DNA of 64,000 nucleotides, from contig NC_068995.1 of NCBI RefSeq assembly GCF_001194135.2, positions 16,890,233-16,954,232 of the forward strand, given 5' to 3'. This stretch comes from Octopus bimaculoides. Lineage: Eukaryota. The translations under genes were made by a program, and so were the position numbers. Positions 53,335-64,000 of the stretch are shown one piece after another. A model generated the notes under the pieces. It saw only the letters and a program-made list of their open reading frames with translations, did not search any database and was not told the origin of the DNA. Numbering within the stretch: position 1 is the stretch's first letter; the number at the start of each line of letters is the position of its first letter.

Positions 53335-53530
53335 ATTTGGGCAGTGAACTGCTAGAATCATTAGCGAATCGGACACAATGCTTATCGGCATTTTTTCACA
53401 TTCTGAAATCATGATGCAGTCAACTTTGTCCTGTATCACTTCCATGTAGGTAAAGCAAGTACTATTTGAACGTTGACGCCGCTATAATCCACCACTCCTA
53501 TTAAAATTGCTGTCCTTGTGCTAAAATTGG
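53335..53530 (+). mobile_element. SINE family A, old degraded copy
   Basis: GGGCAGTGAACTGCTAGAATCATTAGCGAATCGGACACAATGCTTATCGGCATT..CTGTCCTTGTGCTAAAATTGGA. Confidence 0.65.
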
Positions 53531-53580
53531 ACAACACCAATATTATATTTTCCGTGATGGGTTGTTCCGATATTTCTGAG

Positions 53581-53636
53581 GAAGAGGACCTATCACTCAG
53601 AAAGAAGACCTATCACTCAGAGGAAGACCCATCACT
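53581..53636. repeat. 20-bp tandem repeat, about 2.8 copies
   Basis: GAAGAGGACCTATCACTCAG / AAAGAAGACCTATCACTCAG / AGGAAGACCCATCACT. Confidence 0.85.
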
Positions 53637-53839
53637 TTTTACATATGCTCCAAGACAAGTATGATAACAGTACAATCACTTAAGAGATATTCCGTTAAAG
53701 CCATCGAAGTCACCCATTAGGGAATATGAACATAGTTGATAAATCCTTGTTAAAGCTGTATGAGATCATGAAAAAAAAAAACAAGGATGTATTTGTCAGT
53801 GTATTTCTTTGTCGACATAGTCTATATGAATGTTCTTAC

Positions 53840-54040
53840 AAGATACTGGTTTCAATTTCTGCCAAGCAATATCGGGGGAAAGGAGTAAATTGATTACATT
53901 GAACCCAGCGTTCATTTAGTTCTTATTTTATCGATTGCAGTACGATAAAAGTCAAAGCCGACCGCAGCGGAATTGGAACTCAGAACATAAGAAATACCGC
54001 TAACACGGTATTCTAAAGATTCTGGCAGCTCGCTTGCCCT
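53840..54040 (-). mobile_element. SINE family A, old degraded copy
   Basis: GATTACATTGAACCCAG..AAAAGTCAAAGCCGACCGCAGCGGAATTGGAACTCAGAACAT..GATTCTGGCAGCTCGC. Confidence 0.7.
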
Positions 54041-54157
54041 GTGCTAATGCCAGGTATTCCTGCGACTATAAATCTGCTTCATTAACATTATTATAGGAGG
54101 TATTAAACAACTTCACCAACAACCTTAATGACAACATTTACGCAGTCGATCTCTAAT

Positions 54158-54505
54158 CTCTTTTACTCTTTCGTTTCAGTCACCGCCTTTAGTCGAGCAA
54201 AACGACTCTAGGACTTACTCTTTGTAAGCCTAGTACTTATTCTATCGATTGTTTTGCCGAACCGCTAAGTTACGGGGACGTAAACACACCAGCATCGGTT
54301 ATCAAGCGATGTTGGGGAGACAAACATAGACACACAAACATATACACACGCAAGCATACATGTATATACATATTTACGACGAGCTTCTTTCCATTTACGT
54401 CTACCAAATCGACTCACAAGGCTTTGGTCAGCCCGAGGCTATATTAGGAGACACTTGCCCAAGGTGTCACGCAGTGGGACTGAACCCGGAACCATGTGGT
54501 TCGTT
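54158..54505 (-). mobile_element. SINE family B, near full length
   Basis: CTTTTACTCTTTCGTTTCAGTCA..CCGAACCGCTAAGTTACGGGGACGTAAACAC..GCTTTGGTCAGCCCGAGGCTAT..GCAGTGGGACTGAACCCGGAACCATGTGGTT. Confidence 0.9.
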
Positions 54506-55707
54506 AGCTCTGATACACTTTTAGAGAGTAAAATTAAAACAAAGCATACTTTACGTAATGTGTTTTACATAATTATGCGCAAAATTAATGAACAAACGTA
54601 GGAACAGGCAATAGGGTATAGTTTAGTTTGATTAGAAGCCAGAGGGTTCTGAGTTCGAGTCCACTTTGATTCACCTCTTTGCTAGATACGTTTTGATGAG
54701 TTGTTTCTGATATAAATTTACTTGAGGAAACTGGGATGAAGCCCAGTTTCATCTAATATCTAATTAATAATTGAACTGTAATGTGTACAGATTGAACTTT
54801 GGATGGACGTTATTGTAAACTATTTCCATAATGTGCCAAGAAAGTCTTGTAGGTGTTCCACACGGCCACCAGAAGTCAATTATGACTTGGCGACTTTTCC
54901 AGATATAGATTAACTGCTAAGATTTTAATGTAATTGATGAGTGAGATTATAAGTACAAAATCGCAAGGAATTCCCCGAAAAATTCATAGGATCTAATTTG
55001 AAGGGGGAAAATAAATACGATTGCTAAGTTGTTTCTTTTGCAAGTAATAATTTTGTGGTTCGATTCACAGTGAGTCATTTGATGTTTCTCTGTTTCAAAA
55101 TTATACTAGAACGTATTTTAATCATAAATGCTCTTTGATAATATCTGAACGCTGGTACTAAGCTGGTAATTAATATATTGTTAATAGCATCAGTAACAAT
55201 ACCATTAAAGAACACCAATAACATTTTAAGGATAAATGATAACAAAATTACTAGAAAGATTGCAAGGGCTTTCACCAATCGATATGGCTTCGATTTCGAC
55301 ATTTCACTCGCTCTTTTATTTTGATTTTCGTTTAACGCTTTTTTTCTTTTGTTTTAATTAGTAATTTAATTCAATATGGTCGCGTTAAGTCTCATGACCT
55401 AGTAAGTTGTTGCAACATAACTGAATACTAAATCTATTTCTAGTGTATCTCAAAGCGGTGATCCGATTACCATCTCTCATTAATATAAACCCATTTAAAC
55501 ATGTCTATTTTGTATTGCGAACTAAGAAAGTAATTTCGACTAAGTTACAGTGCATTCAATTTGTATATCATTTAGCCATTCTATCTCTAGGAAACATGCG
55601 AAATGTGAACTGGAGTAAATTAAGCGTCATATATCTTTGAACCAGATAGATTGGCTGCTGATGGATTCTTTCGACTAAGCTTTGCGTTCTGGAGATTAAA
55701 TAATATA

Positions 55708-56864
55708 CGAGAGTCGGCTGAAAATGCATAGCCTTTCTAAGATACTCTTGAGGAATGTGGCCAAATGAAACTTATTTTTCAACGTATTCTCTATTGTGGT
55801 CCACACACTTCTATAAGTTCTTGGTTCTTGCAGGTAAAGAATGTCATAAACAACAGTTACTCAGTGCAATACTGCAATACTGGTTCACAGCTAAATGTTT
55901 TTTTTTATATTGGGGTACAGATGATATGAAAGCTATTGATATCAATGACCTGTGTTCGGGAGCATTATCCTGCCGAAACAAGTCCCCTGTCGTCAGTTTT
56001 CCTAGTCGTTTAATTTTGATCGCATTCCGTAACTGTCTCAGCAGTCGTTGGTGTGGCTCTTTTGAAAATAGTTAATAAACACAATACCCTTTGCATCCCC
56101 TAAAACTAAGGTCGTTACCTTCCCTGCAGCCGAAATAACCGTGGCTATCTTTAGAGCAGGTGACATGGGGAGATTCGAATGAACGGATTGTTTCTTTGTC
56201 TCTGGCTCAAATTGATGAATCCAGCACTCAACTTGTGTTAGGAAATGTTCAAGGAAGCCAGCTAGCTCTGCTTCAAACAATATCAGATTCTAATGTGGTG
56301 TGATCATCCTTGGCGCTTTTGATTAGATGTCAAATATGGCACCACCGAGCAGAAACCTTTCATTATGCAGAATATTCTCAAATCTCTCATGGGATATGCT
56401 AAAAGAATCGTCTATTTGATTTATAGTCAATCACCTGTCATCCATCAACACCTGGTGATCACAATCAATGTCTTCTTTGGTGGCAGCAGCTGTACGACGT
56501 CCAGAAGTTTGGTCATCGTCAAGACTCCCTTCTCCTCCTAAAATTCAATTGCATACTTTTGCCCTGTTGATAAAACTGGAGCGTTATCGCTTAAAGTAGC
56601 AACCATGTCAGTATGAATGTCTTTGGAGGCTCCACATTTCTTCTGCAGGCATTTGATATTAACACGATGTCAACTTTTGTCCATATTCAAAAGAAGTCAC
56701 AACTAGCTACATTTGAAATCCTCTTTGAACAGTGAGATATCAATTTACCTTGTATGTAAGAATGCATTTATTAATATGAAGCGTTAAAATTAATGCATGC
56801 AATATTTCACAGCTCTAGCCTCACTCCTTCATAGCCAGCACATGAACTATTCAGGATACCCTCG
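55708..56864 (-). mobile_element. Near full-length degraded mariner (DD34D-like) transposon
   Basis: TA on both flanks; TIRs CGAGAGTCGGCTGAAAATGCATAG / CGAGGGTATCCTGAATAGTTCATG. ATG at 56684 gives MDKS*HRVNIKCLQKK..KDIHTDMVATLSDNAP..SLDDDQTSGR..LMDDR*LTINQI..ECWIHQFEPETKKQS..SAAGKVTTLVLGDAKGIVFINY. Many stops and frameshifts; C-terminal motifs are heavily decayed. Confidence 0.9.
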
Positions 56865-57027
56865 TACAAATGCCCTTGTATTAAAAGAATATGACCTCTA
56901 ACTCAGCACAAGGTCATGAGTTACAAGAAAATGTATACTCAGTGTAACCGAACTATAGTGCTGGTTGTTATTTGTAGATCTAGGGAGGATTTCATATCAG
57001 AAACTAAAGGGATGTAATAAATATTTT

Positions 57028-57376
57028 TTGTATTTTGTCTGTTTCAGTCATTAGATTGCGGCCATGCTGGGGCACCGCCTTGAAACAATTTTTAGTCGAA
57101 TGAATGGACCTCAGTACTTAACATTTTTGTTTCTTTAAGCCTGGTCACTTTTTACCGAACCACTAAATTACGGGGACGGAAACAAACCAACGCCGATTGT
57201 CAAACGGTAGTGGGTGTCAAACACAGACATAAAGCCACAGACACATACACACACACACGCACCCGCACACACAGACACAGACACGACGGGCTTCTTTCAG
57301 TTTCCGTCAAATCTAATCACAAGGCTTTTGGTGGGCCCGAGGCTGTAGTAGAAGATACTTGCTCAAGGTGTTACGG
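57028..57376 (-). mobile_element. SINE family B, 5'-clipped
   Basis: GTTTCAGTCATTAGATTGCGGCCATGCTGGGGCACCGCC..ACGACGGGCTTCTTTCAGTTTCCGTC..GGGCCCGAGGCTGTAGTAGAAGATACTTGCTCAAGGTG. Confidence 0.85.
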
Positions 57377-60005
57377 AGTTAAACATTTTCTGTGATCTCT
57401 TCGTCAATTCTGCTACTCATCACCATTTTGCAATTTTAATAATAAAATATAACAATATGTATTGTTTGTTTGTAAATGAATGACAAACTAAATCAATTCC
57501 TGAATTTCTTTCCCCCACCTTCGTTAAAACACATCAAGTCTTGTGTTCTATTCATTAAATTCTATTTCGTGAAATACTGAGATACAAAGCTTCCCCTATT
57601 CTTGTGATTGTATTAAAATACAAATCATTTAATTGTTTAGTTCCAGTATATTGTTCCCTGTAAATGTTTCTCATGTGAGTTATTTCGCGTTGCTATATAA
57701 TTACTAATGTTTCCTATCTTCTTTACAATCATTATGCGTATAAAATATTGCAATAATCTAAAATGTTTCTAATCGGTGATAAAATTGAATGAAGAATATT
57801 CGGATCGACCAATGAATCTGATATTTTAAAACAAGAAAATAAGAACAATATATACCTAAAATTATGACTGTGCATATGATTTAGATGTTTCGCATCTCCC
57901 CATTTTTAGCCTATAACCACAAAGAAGGAGTTGTATTTCAGGAAATAGAAATGAAGCAGAATATATTCCAGTGGCCAGTTGATTCAAGATCTCTATTCAC
58001 AATGGACTTGTCTTTAAAGCTCCATTCGATTATTATGGCAATTTTTATTTATTTGTTTATTTATTTATCTATCTATTCATTGGTTTCAAGACTTCGTATT
58101 TTAGGAGAGATATAATGTTTATAGTGACGGTCGTGCTTTTCCAGTGTATCCAGCTCACAAAGATGTTTCGTCTAAATAAAAGATAACATCTACTCCATTA
58201 TTCTAATCAATTCTCTATGACGCAGTACATCTGCAGAAGCACTATAAACATGAATCTTATTTTTTTTAAAAACACAAACATATGGAAGACCGAATCGCTA
58301 GAGTCTTGGACGAGATACGTTGTATATCTCTTTATGTTTTGAATTCAATTCCTGACCAAATCACTTGTAATTTCATATTTCCCATTCAGATAATACACGT
58401 ACCAGTCGATAAGAGGAAAATTTTGCTGTTGATCTATTGGACTACAAGGTTACAGTCAGTTCCATAGCTTAACTAGTGTAGCCAGCATAAGAATAAAACT
58501 TGAGCTTGATAGACACACAGATGATGTGAAGTAAGGAGAGAAAGAATGTATGTGCGTGCGTGTGTATATGTCTTGTTGTGAGTCTATAGTTTGTAATCTA
58601 ATATAGGCCAAGCAAAGTGTAAATATGAGTATGTGCGTGTGTAACGAAGCCAGTTCTCAAATGCTTCACTCCACTTAGCTGTCAGCAGACACTGCATGCC
58701 AGTAGCTGTAGTATCCCTCTGAATCGGACGTGTGTTCAGTGAGTTTGAAAAGCTTGAGAATAAAGAATTTAGCTGTGACGTGTGTAGTTTTATACAAGTA
58801 AAAAAAGAACTTAATGAACCAGTGAAAATGCTTCTACATGTTCAGTCAGCCTACTGGAAATACTTGTAAAATATTCCTCAGATCACATTCTGTCGTTTAT
58901 AACAGGAAATGAAATTTTGGATAATATCCATGATACACTTTCACTGAGAAAAAGACAGACTTTTTTATGTCTGAGATTCCTACCATACTACATTTACTCA
59001 AGGCTTACCTGGAGATGCACAACAAAAAGATTTCAGTGGTGTCTCAGTTGTCCAATGGGCTTGTCAATACGCAACAGCATATTTGAATGTTGGTTTAACT
59101 CATAAAATTTACACGTATATTTTTTTAGATTTAAACTTCTACTAAAATTTTCCTTCTCATCTATAATTCACCATAGAAATATTACTCAAACTTTATGACT
59201 GGTTATATACGCTATCGTTCCCGAACGGATTTGAACGCACACCGTAAACAACCGTGACTAAATACCACAAGGTAATTTACTTATTGTTCTTCAGATTTGG
59301 GAATTTGGTAAAATGTCCTCACAATTCTTTTGTTAGAAACCATCTAGGAAATTGTCTTCTAAGATGTCACCTTCTTCTGTCGAATTTTTGTATTTGCAGC
59401 AGACATGTTCTTCTCCCTCACTCCCTCACGCTTCTATTTCTCTCTTGTATTTGTTTTTCTCTTTCACTATCTTTTCCGCCTTTGTGGCTATAGTTCTTCC
59501 TGAATGTTTTTATCTTTCAGTCTTGAATATTTAGCAAATAGTTCATGACTAACCAAGAACAATAGTTGGTATCGAATGTGTTCACTGTGAAATAGAAATT
59601 ACGTGAGTTGTGTAATTTAGAACTTGAAAAGAATGTAATGTTTAAATTTCCCTTTCAGTCGAGTTAATAGTTTTAGTAGCCCCTTCAAATCCATTAGTCG
59701 GACTATTGTCTGAGGAACTTCATATGTGATGAGGTTGATTTGAAATATCCCAGAATTGGAGATGCTTGTTCTCACCGTAATTTTAAATGCAAGGCCATTA
59801 AAATATTTTACCGGTTTTGGAAATCAGACATACGTCCATATATAAAAACGTATACATACGCATATATATATATGTGTGTGTGTGTGTGTGGGGGGGGGGT
59901 AAGGGAGACAAAGAGAAAGAGAGTATTCATATTTATATTTGCATACGTATCTGTGTGTGTATATATGTATGTATGTATCTCTCTCTCTCTCTTTCTGTCT
60001 CTCTC

Positions 60006-60046
<41 letters not shown>

Positions 60047-60084
60047 ATACATACATTCACATGGATAGATAGAGAGGTAAATAA

Positions 60085-60116
<32 letters not shown>

Positions 60117-61065
60117 ATTGAGAGAAAGATAATAGCTTTGTGGTTTCTGTATGTATGTCTCTGTGCGTGTCTGTGAATAGCTGTGACATATTCTAGTTAT
60201 ATACCGTTCAGACATACAAAAATCACTTTGCTTCGCGAATGATTGATATTGCAATAGAATAAATACATCAGATCATTTATCTGCAGTAACACACATACAC
60301 GCGCGCGGGCATGCATGGTTATATGTAAATACTGAGGGATTAATTTATATATACTTATGATTGCGACTAGTCGTACAAAATTCAAACTAATATTTGGAGC
60401 AAGTGTATTTAGATAGATATTCAATCTCGGTAAGTAATGATCGTGACACTGATAGAAATTCAAACATAAGATGAAGCACAAGGTGTGTGGAATAAAGTGA
60501 TGAATTGTTGATGGTTCTACACAGGAATAACATTGTGATGGGAGGGTTGAGCATCAAGCTTGTCTTCAGGAGATACAAAAACTTAGTACTACTGATATCA
60601 AGAGAAAATGTGAAAACCGTATAATGTCTATACTAACTGAATTTAAAGTTTAGAACCTGACTTGTTGATCTTAGCATATTGATATGAGTTGATGATTATA
60701 AAATCATTTTTATCACTGTCCTCCAGTGACCAACATGCATGACTCTCTCATTTTTCCTTCTACTCTGCTCTTCTTTACTCGTTTGAGAATGGGGACACTA
60801 ACATGAAAAAAATCGAATATATTGCTTCTAAATATGGTAATAATTTGACTGATTGCTATTCAACTAATGAAGCCCAAGCAGGTAGCAACAATCTATTTAT
60901 TGATACAGAGAGAAGGAAAATTTTAGATATTAAATAAATGCATATTTCATTGTAAAAATCCCTTGACTTGACTCAGAAAACAAAAATCACTTCTTCACTT
61001 CCTTTTTTCTTTACTCACGAAAAATAGACAAGCACTAGTCTTATACACACGCGCGCGTAAGTGTG

Positions 61066-61165
<100 letters not shown>

Positions 61166-61393
61166 TGTGCGCGCGCGTTTGTCCGTGTGTGTGCATGTGC
61201 GCGTAATTTCTAATGTTAAAGACTATGTCGAGTTCTCAGTCTCAAGAGCGATACCAGAACATCCCGGTTTGTGAGCCGTTTAAGCGATTGAGAATTCTAG
61301 TTCCCCACTCATTCGCTCACGGCATTGAATCTTAGATACTGCTGGTACTCATTTTCAACGTGGAGTAGAGCTATATATTGGGTTTTAAATAAA

Positions 61394-61722
61394 TGCATGT
61401 CTTAGTGGTTAGAGCATCGAGCTTAGGATCGTGCGGTTGTAAGTTCGAATCCCGGACCGGGCTGCATATTGTGTTCTTGAGCAAGACACTTTATTTCACG
61501 TTGCTCCACTTCTCTTAGCTGTAGAAATGAGTTGCGACATCACAGGTGCCAAGCTGTATCGGCATTTGCCTTTCTCTTGGATATCACTAGTGGAGTGGAG
61601 AGGGGAGGCCGGTATGTATGAGCGACTGCTGGTTTTCCATAAACAACCTTGCCTGGACTTGTGCCTGGAAGCGTAACTTTCTAGGTGCAATCCCATGGTC
61701 AGCCATGACCGAAGGGAGCCTC
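61394..61722 (+). mobile_element. SINE family C: tRNA-derived head plus CORE-like domain
   Basis: A-box-like CTTAGTGGTTAGAG and B-box GTTCGAATCCC, followed by GTGTTCTTGAGCAAGACACTTTATTTCAC (resembles the CORE-SINE consensus TCCTTGAGCAAGGCACTTAAC), then a 3' domain shared with the 10770 copy. Confidence 0.85.
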
Positions 61723-61916
61723 AGCATATATCATTGTAAAACACACACACACATATCACTACCATCATCTTTGATTTACTCTCTAGTTTTCTATGCTTGG
61801 ATGGGATAAACAGATATTAATGGTTACATATCGTACAGACGGATGACCTGACGTGTTCTGAAACAAGACATATTTACACTGAGTATTGGAAATGAATGAC
61901 AATCATTTACAAGAAT

Positions 61917-61980
61917 CACAAGTGAAGAAGCGAACACACAAGTGAAGAAGCGAACACACAAGTGAAGAAGCGAACACACA
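61917..61980. repeat. Perfect 20-bp tandem repeat, 3.2 copies
   Basis: (CACAAGTGAAGAAGCGAACA)x3 plus CACA. Confidence 0.95.
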
Positions 61981-62064
61981 AACATAGATAGTTACGTGAA
62001 TGAACACATAAATACACATACATACATATACATACATACATCTAAATAATTAAATAGATAAATT

Positions 62065-62232
62065 GATGCACGATGGACATCTGCCAGTTTGCATCTACTA
62101 ATCCCACTTACTAGGCTTTGGTCGGCCTTGGGATACTATAGATCCGGACAAACAAACGGTGTTACGCTGTGTTGGTGAAACGAAACTATGTGGTTGCAAA
62201 ACAAACTTCTGACGTGCACAGCTACGCCTGCC
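62065..62232 (-). mobile_element. SINE family B, degraded 5' half
   Basis: CAGTTTGCATCTACTAATCCCACTTACTAGGCTTTGGTCGGCC..CTATGTGGTTGCAAAACAAACTTCT..CACAGCTACGCC. Confidence 0.65.
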
Positions 62233-62654
62233 CCTCCCTTCATCTATTTATCACTGTTTTTCTGTCAATCTCAATATATAATTCACTTTTCCGTCTGTGA
62301 AATTTTTTTTATAAAATTTCTCATTATACGACAAACTATATTGCAATTCTGAGCTAAGCTTGTTTCAACAAGGTCGTTCTCCCATAATACCTTCACCAAC
62401 TTTGGTGACTCTACTCAAAACTACTCGACACATTTCAGACTTAGATAAGTCTCGTCTTTATCTGCTTCTAATCCGCTAAAATCTAGATAATACTTTTATA
62501 AAAAAATATATACGTAATAAAATGAGACACATTCTCAACAGTGGACATTAGATAACGTATCAAGTCTCCTGTAAGATTTTCTTCGTTTGGTTTTACTTAT
62601 AAAGAATAATTGAAAAAAGTTTCTTCAAATCAGAAGACGAAGTCAAGTTGTGAT

Positions 62655-62970
62655 TGTTTTTGTTCTTGCTTCTATTGTTTTTGTTGTTATTTTGATGCTA
62701 TTGTTGTTGTTTTACTATTGCAGTGTTTGTTATTGTTATTGTCGCTGTTACTCCTTTCGCTTTTTTTATTTTTTATTTTTATTGCTTCTATAATCGTCAT
62801 CGTCAACTTCGCAGTCGCTTTTGTTGTTGTTGTTGTTTTTTTTTTGCTGTTGTTGCTGATATTGTTGTCAGTGCTGCTTCTATTGCCACTCTTATTTTGT
62901 CGATGCGCTGTCATTGCTGCCACTACTGTTGCTATTGCTGCTGCCGCTGCCGCTGCCGCTGCATTGCTTG
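62655..62970. repeat. Degenerate (GTT/GCT)n low-complexity block
   Basis: TTGTTGTTG..GCTGCCGCTGCC tracts. Confidence 0.85.
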
Positions 62971-63034
62971 CTGTCTTTCCCTCTGAAATGTTGTCAACCT
63001 TCGTGTTTTGATGATAATATTAAAACGGTTTTAA

Positions 63035-63440
63035 GGCGGCGAACTGGCAGAAGCGTTAGCACGCCGAGCGAAGTGCTTTGCGGTATTTCGTCTGAGTTCA
63101 AATTCCGCCGAGGTCGACTTTGCCTTTCATCCTTTCGTAGTCGATAAATTAAGTACGCACTGGGGTCGATGTAATCGACTTAATCCTTTTGTCTGTCCCC
63201 TCTATGTTTAACCCCCTTGCGAACAATAAAGAAATAATTAACATTAGCACGCCGGGCGAAATGTCCAGCAGTATTTCGTTTGTCTTTAAGTTCTGCGTTC
63301 AAATTCAGCCGGGGGTGACTTTGCTTTTCATCATTTCGGGGTCGATAAATTAGGTACCAGTTGCATAGTGGCGTTGATCTAATCGACTGGCCCCCTCCCT
63401 GCCAACATAATTTTGTGTCTTGTGCCTAGAGTAGAAAAGA
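63035..63440 (+). mobile_element. Dimeric family A SINE (tail-A unit followed by a 5'-clipped tail-B unit)
   Basis: Unit 1 at 63035-63237 ends CAATAAAGAAATAA. Unit 2 starts TTAACATTAGCACGCCGGGCGAAATG and ends CTTGTGCCTAGAGTAGAAAAGA. Confidence 0.9.
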
Positions 63441-63731
63441 ATATTAATACTGTTGCTATTTCACAGTAAATCAACTGTGACTGAACAAGCCTTTTGACAA
63501 AAGGCATCTCGACGATTCACTGTTAGGAATTGTAGATCTATCTCTAGATTATCCAGTGTCTCAAGGAGATTTGGTTGCTACGTCAAGAGTTAGTAGAGGC
63601 TATTTCCTTATTATCTTCTAATAAAACCGTAAGAATAACGAATGATTACAGACATATGCAAGAACTATGAATAATTTCGAATTGAATAAATCAAGACACA
63701 ATGTATTCTTCAGGAAACAATGCTGACAGGG

Positions 63732-63796
<65 letters not shown>

Positions 63797-63955
63797 GTAT
63801 ATATATATATATTTAGCATTTCACCTAAACCTGGAGATTTTACTTTTATAAGTAGTCTGTTACATCCTTGGTACTTGTGTGAATTTTTGCTATCCCGATA
63901 ACTACTTTTTTTCCGTGTTATTTGTAAACACTGACAAAAGTACATACATTTATAT

Positions 63956-64000
<45 letters not shown>

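Noticed and set aside
53581-53636. CRISPR-like repeats (also 16259 and 61917)
   Set aside because: The units are directly adjacent with no unique spacers, there are no cas genes, and the context is eukaryotic.
61394-61470. tRNA gene
   Set aside because: A and B boxes are present, but the sequence continues into a CORE-like SINE body that recurs at 10770 and lacks a complete cloverleaf.
62610-63011. Hydrophobic 133-aa ORF that looks like a membrane protein
   Set aside because: It is a translation of (GTT/GCT)n low-complexity DNA.

Overview
AT-rich, microsatellite-saturated animal genomic DNA with about 20 N-gaps (~7 kb). The repeat landscape (dense AT/AC/ATAC/ATAG tracts, three tRNA-derived SINE families) looks like an octopod cephalopod draft scaffold; that taxon call is inference. 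No host protein-coding gene, rRNA, bona fide tRNA or CRISPR array can be supported, so the window reads as a large intron or intergenic DNA. Almost all ORF-track entries are microsatellite or N-run artefacts. Supportable content: three decayed Tc1/mariner elements (one DD37D maT-type, two DD34D-type mariners) with TIRs, plus two orphan maT-type ends; the 3' end of an R4/Dong-like RLE non-LTR retrotransposon; about 25 SINE copies; and three short Penelope-like repeats carrying complete or partial hammerhead-core motifs. The most striking pattern is that one SINE family sits head-to-tail inside itself four times, at nearly the same point of its own head. Several short candidate exons are listed at low confidence only.
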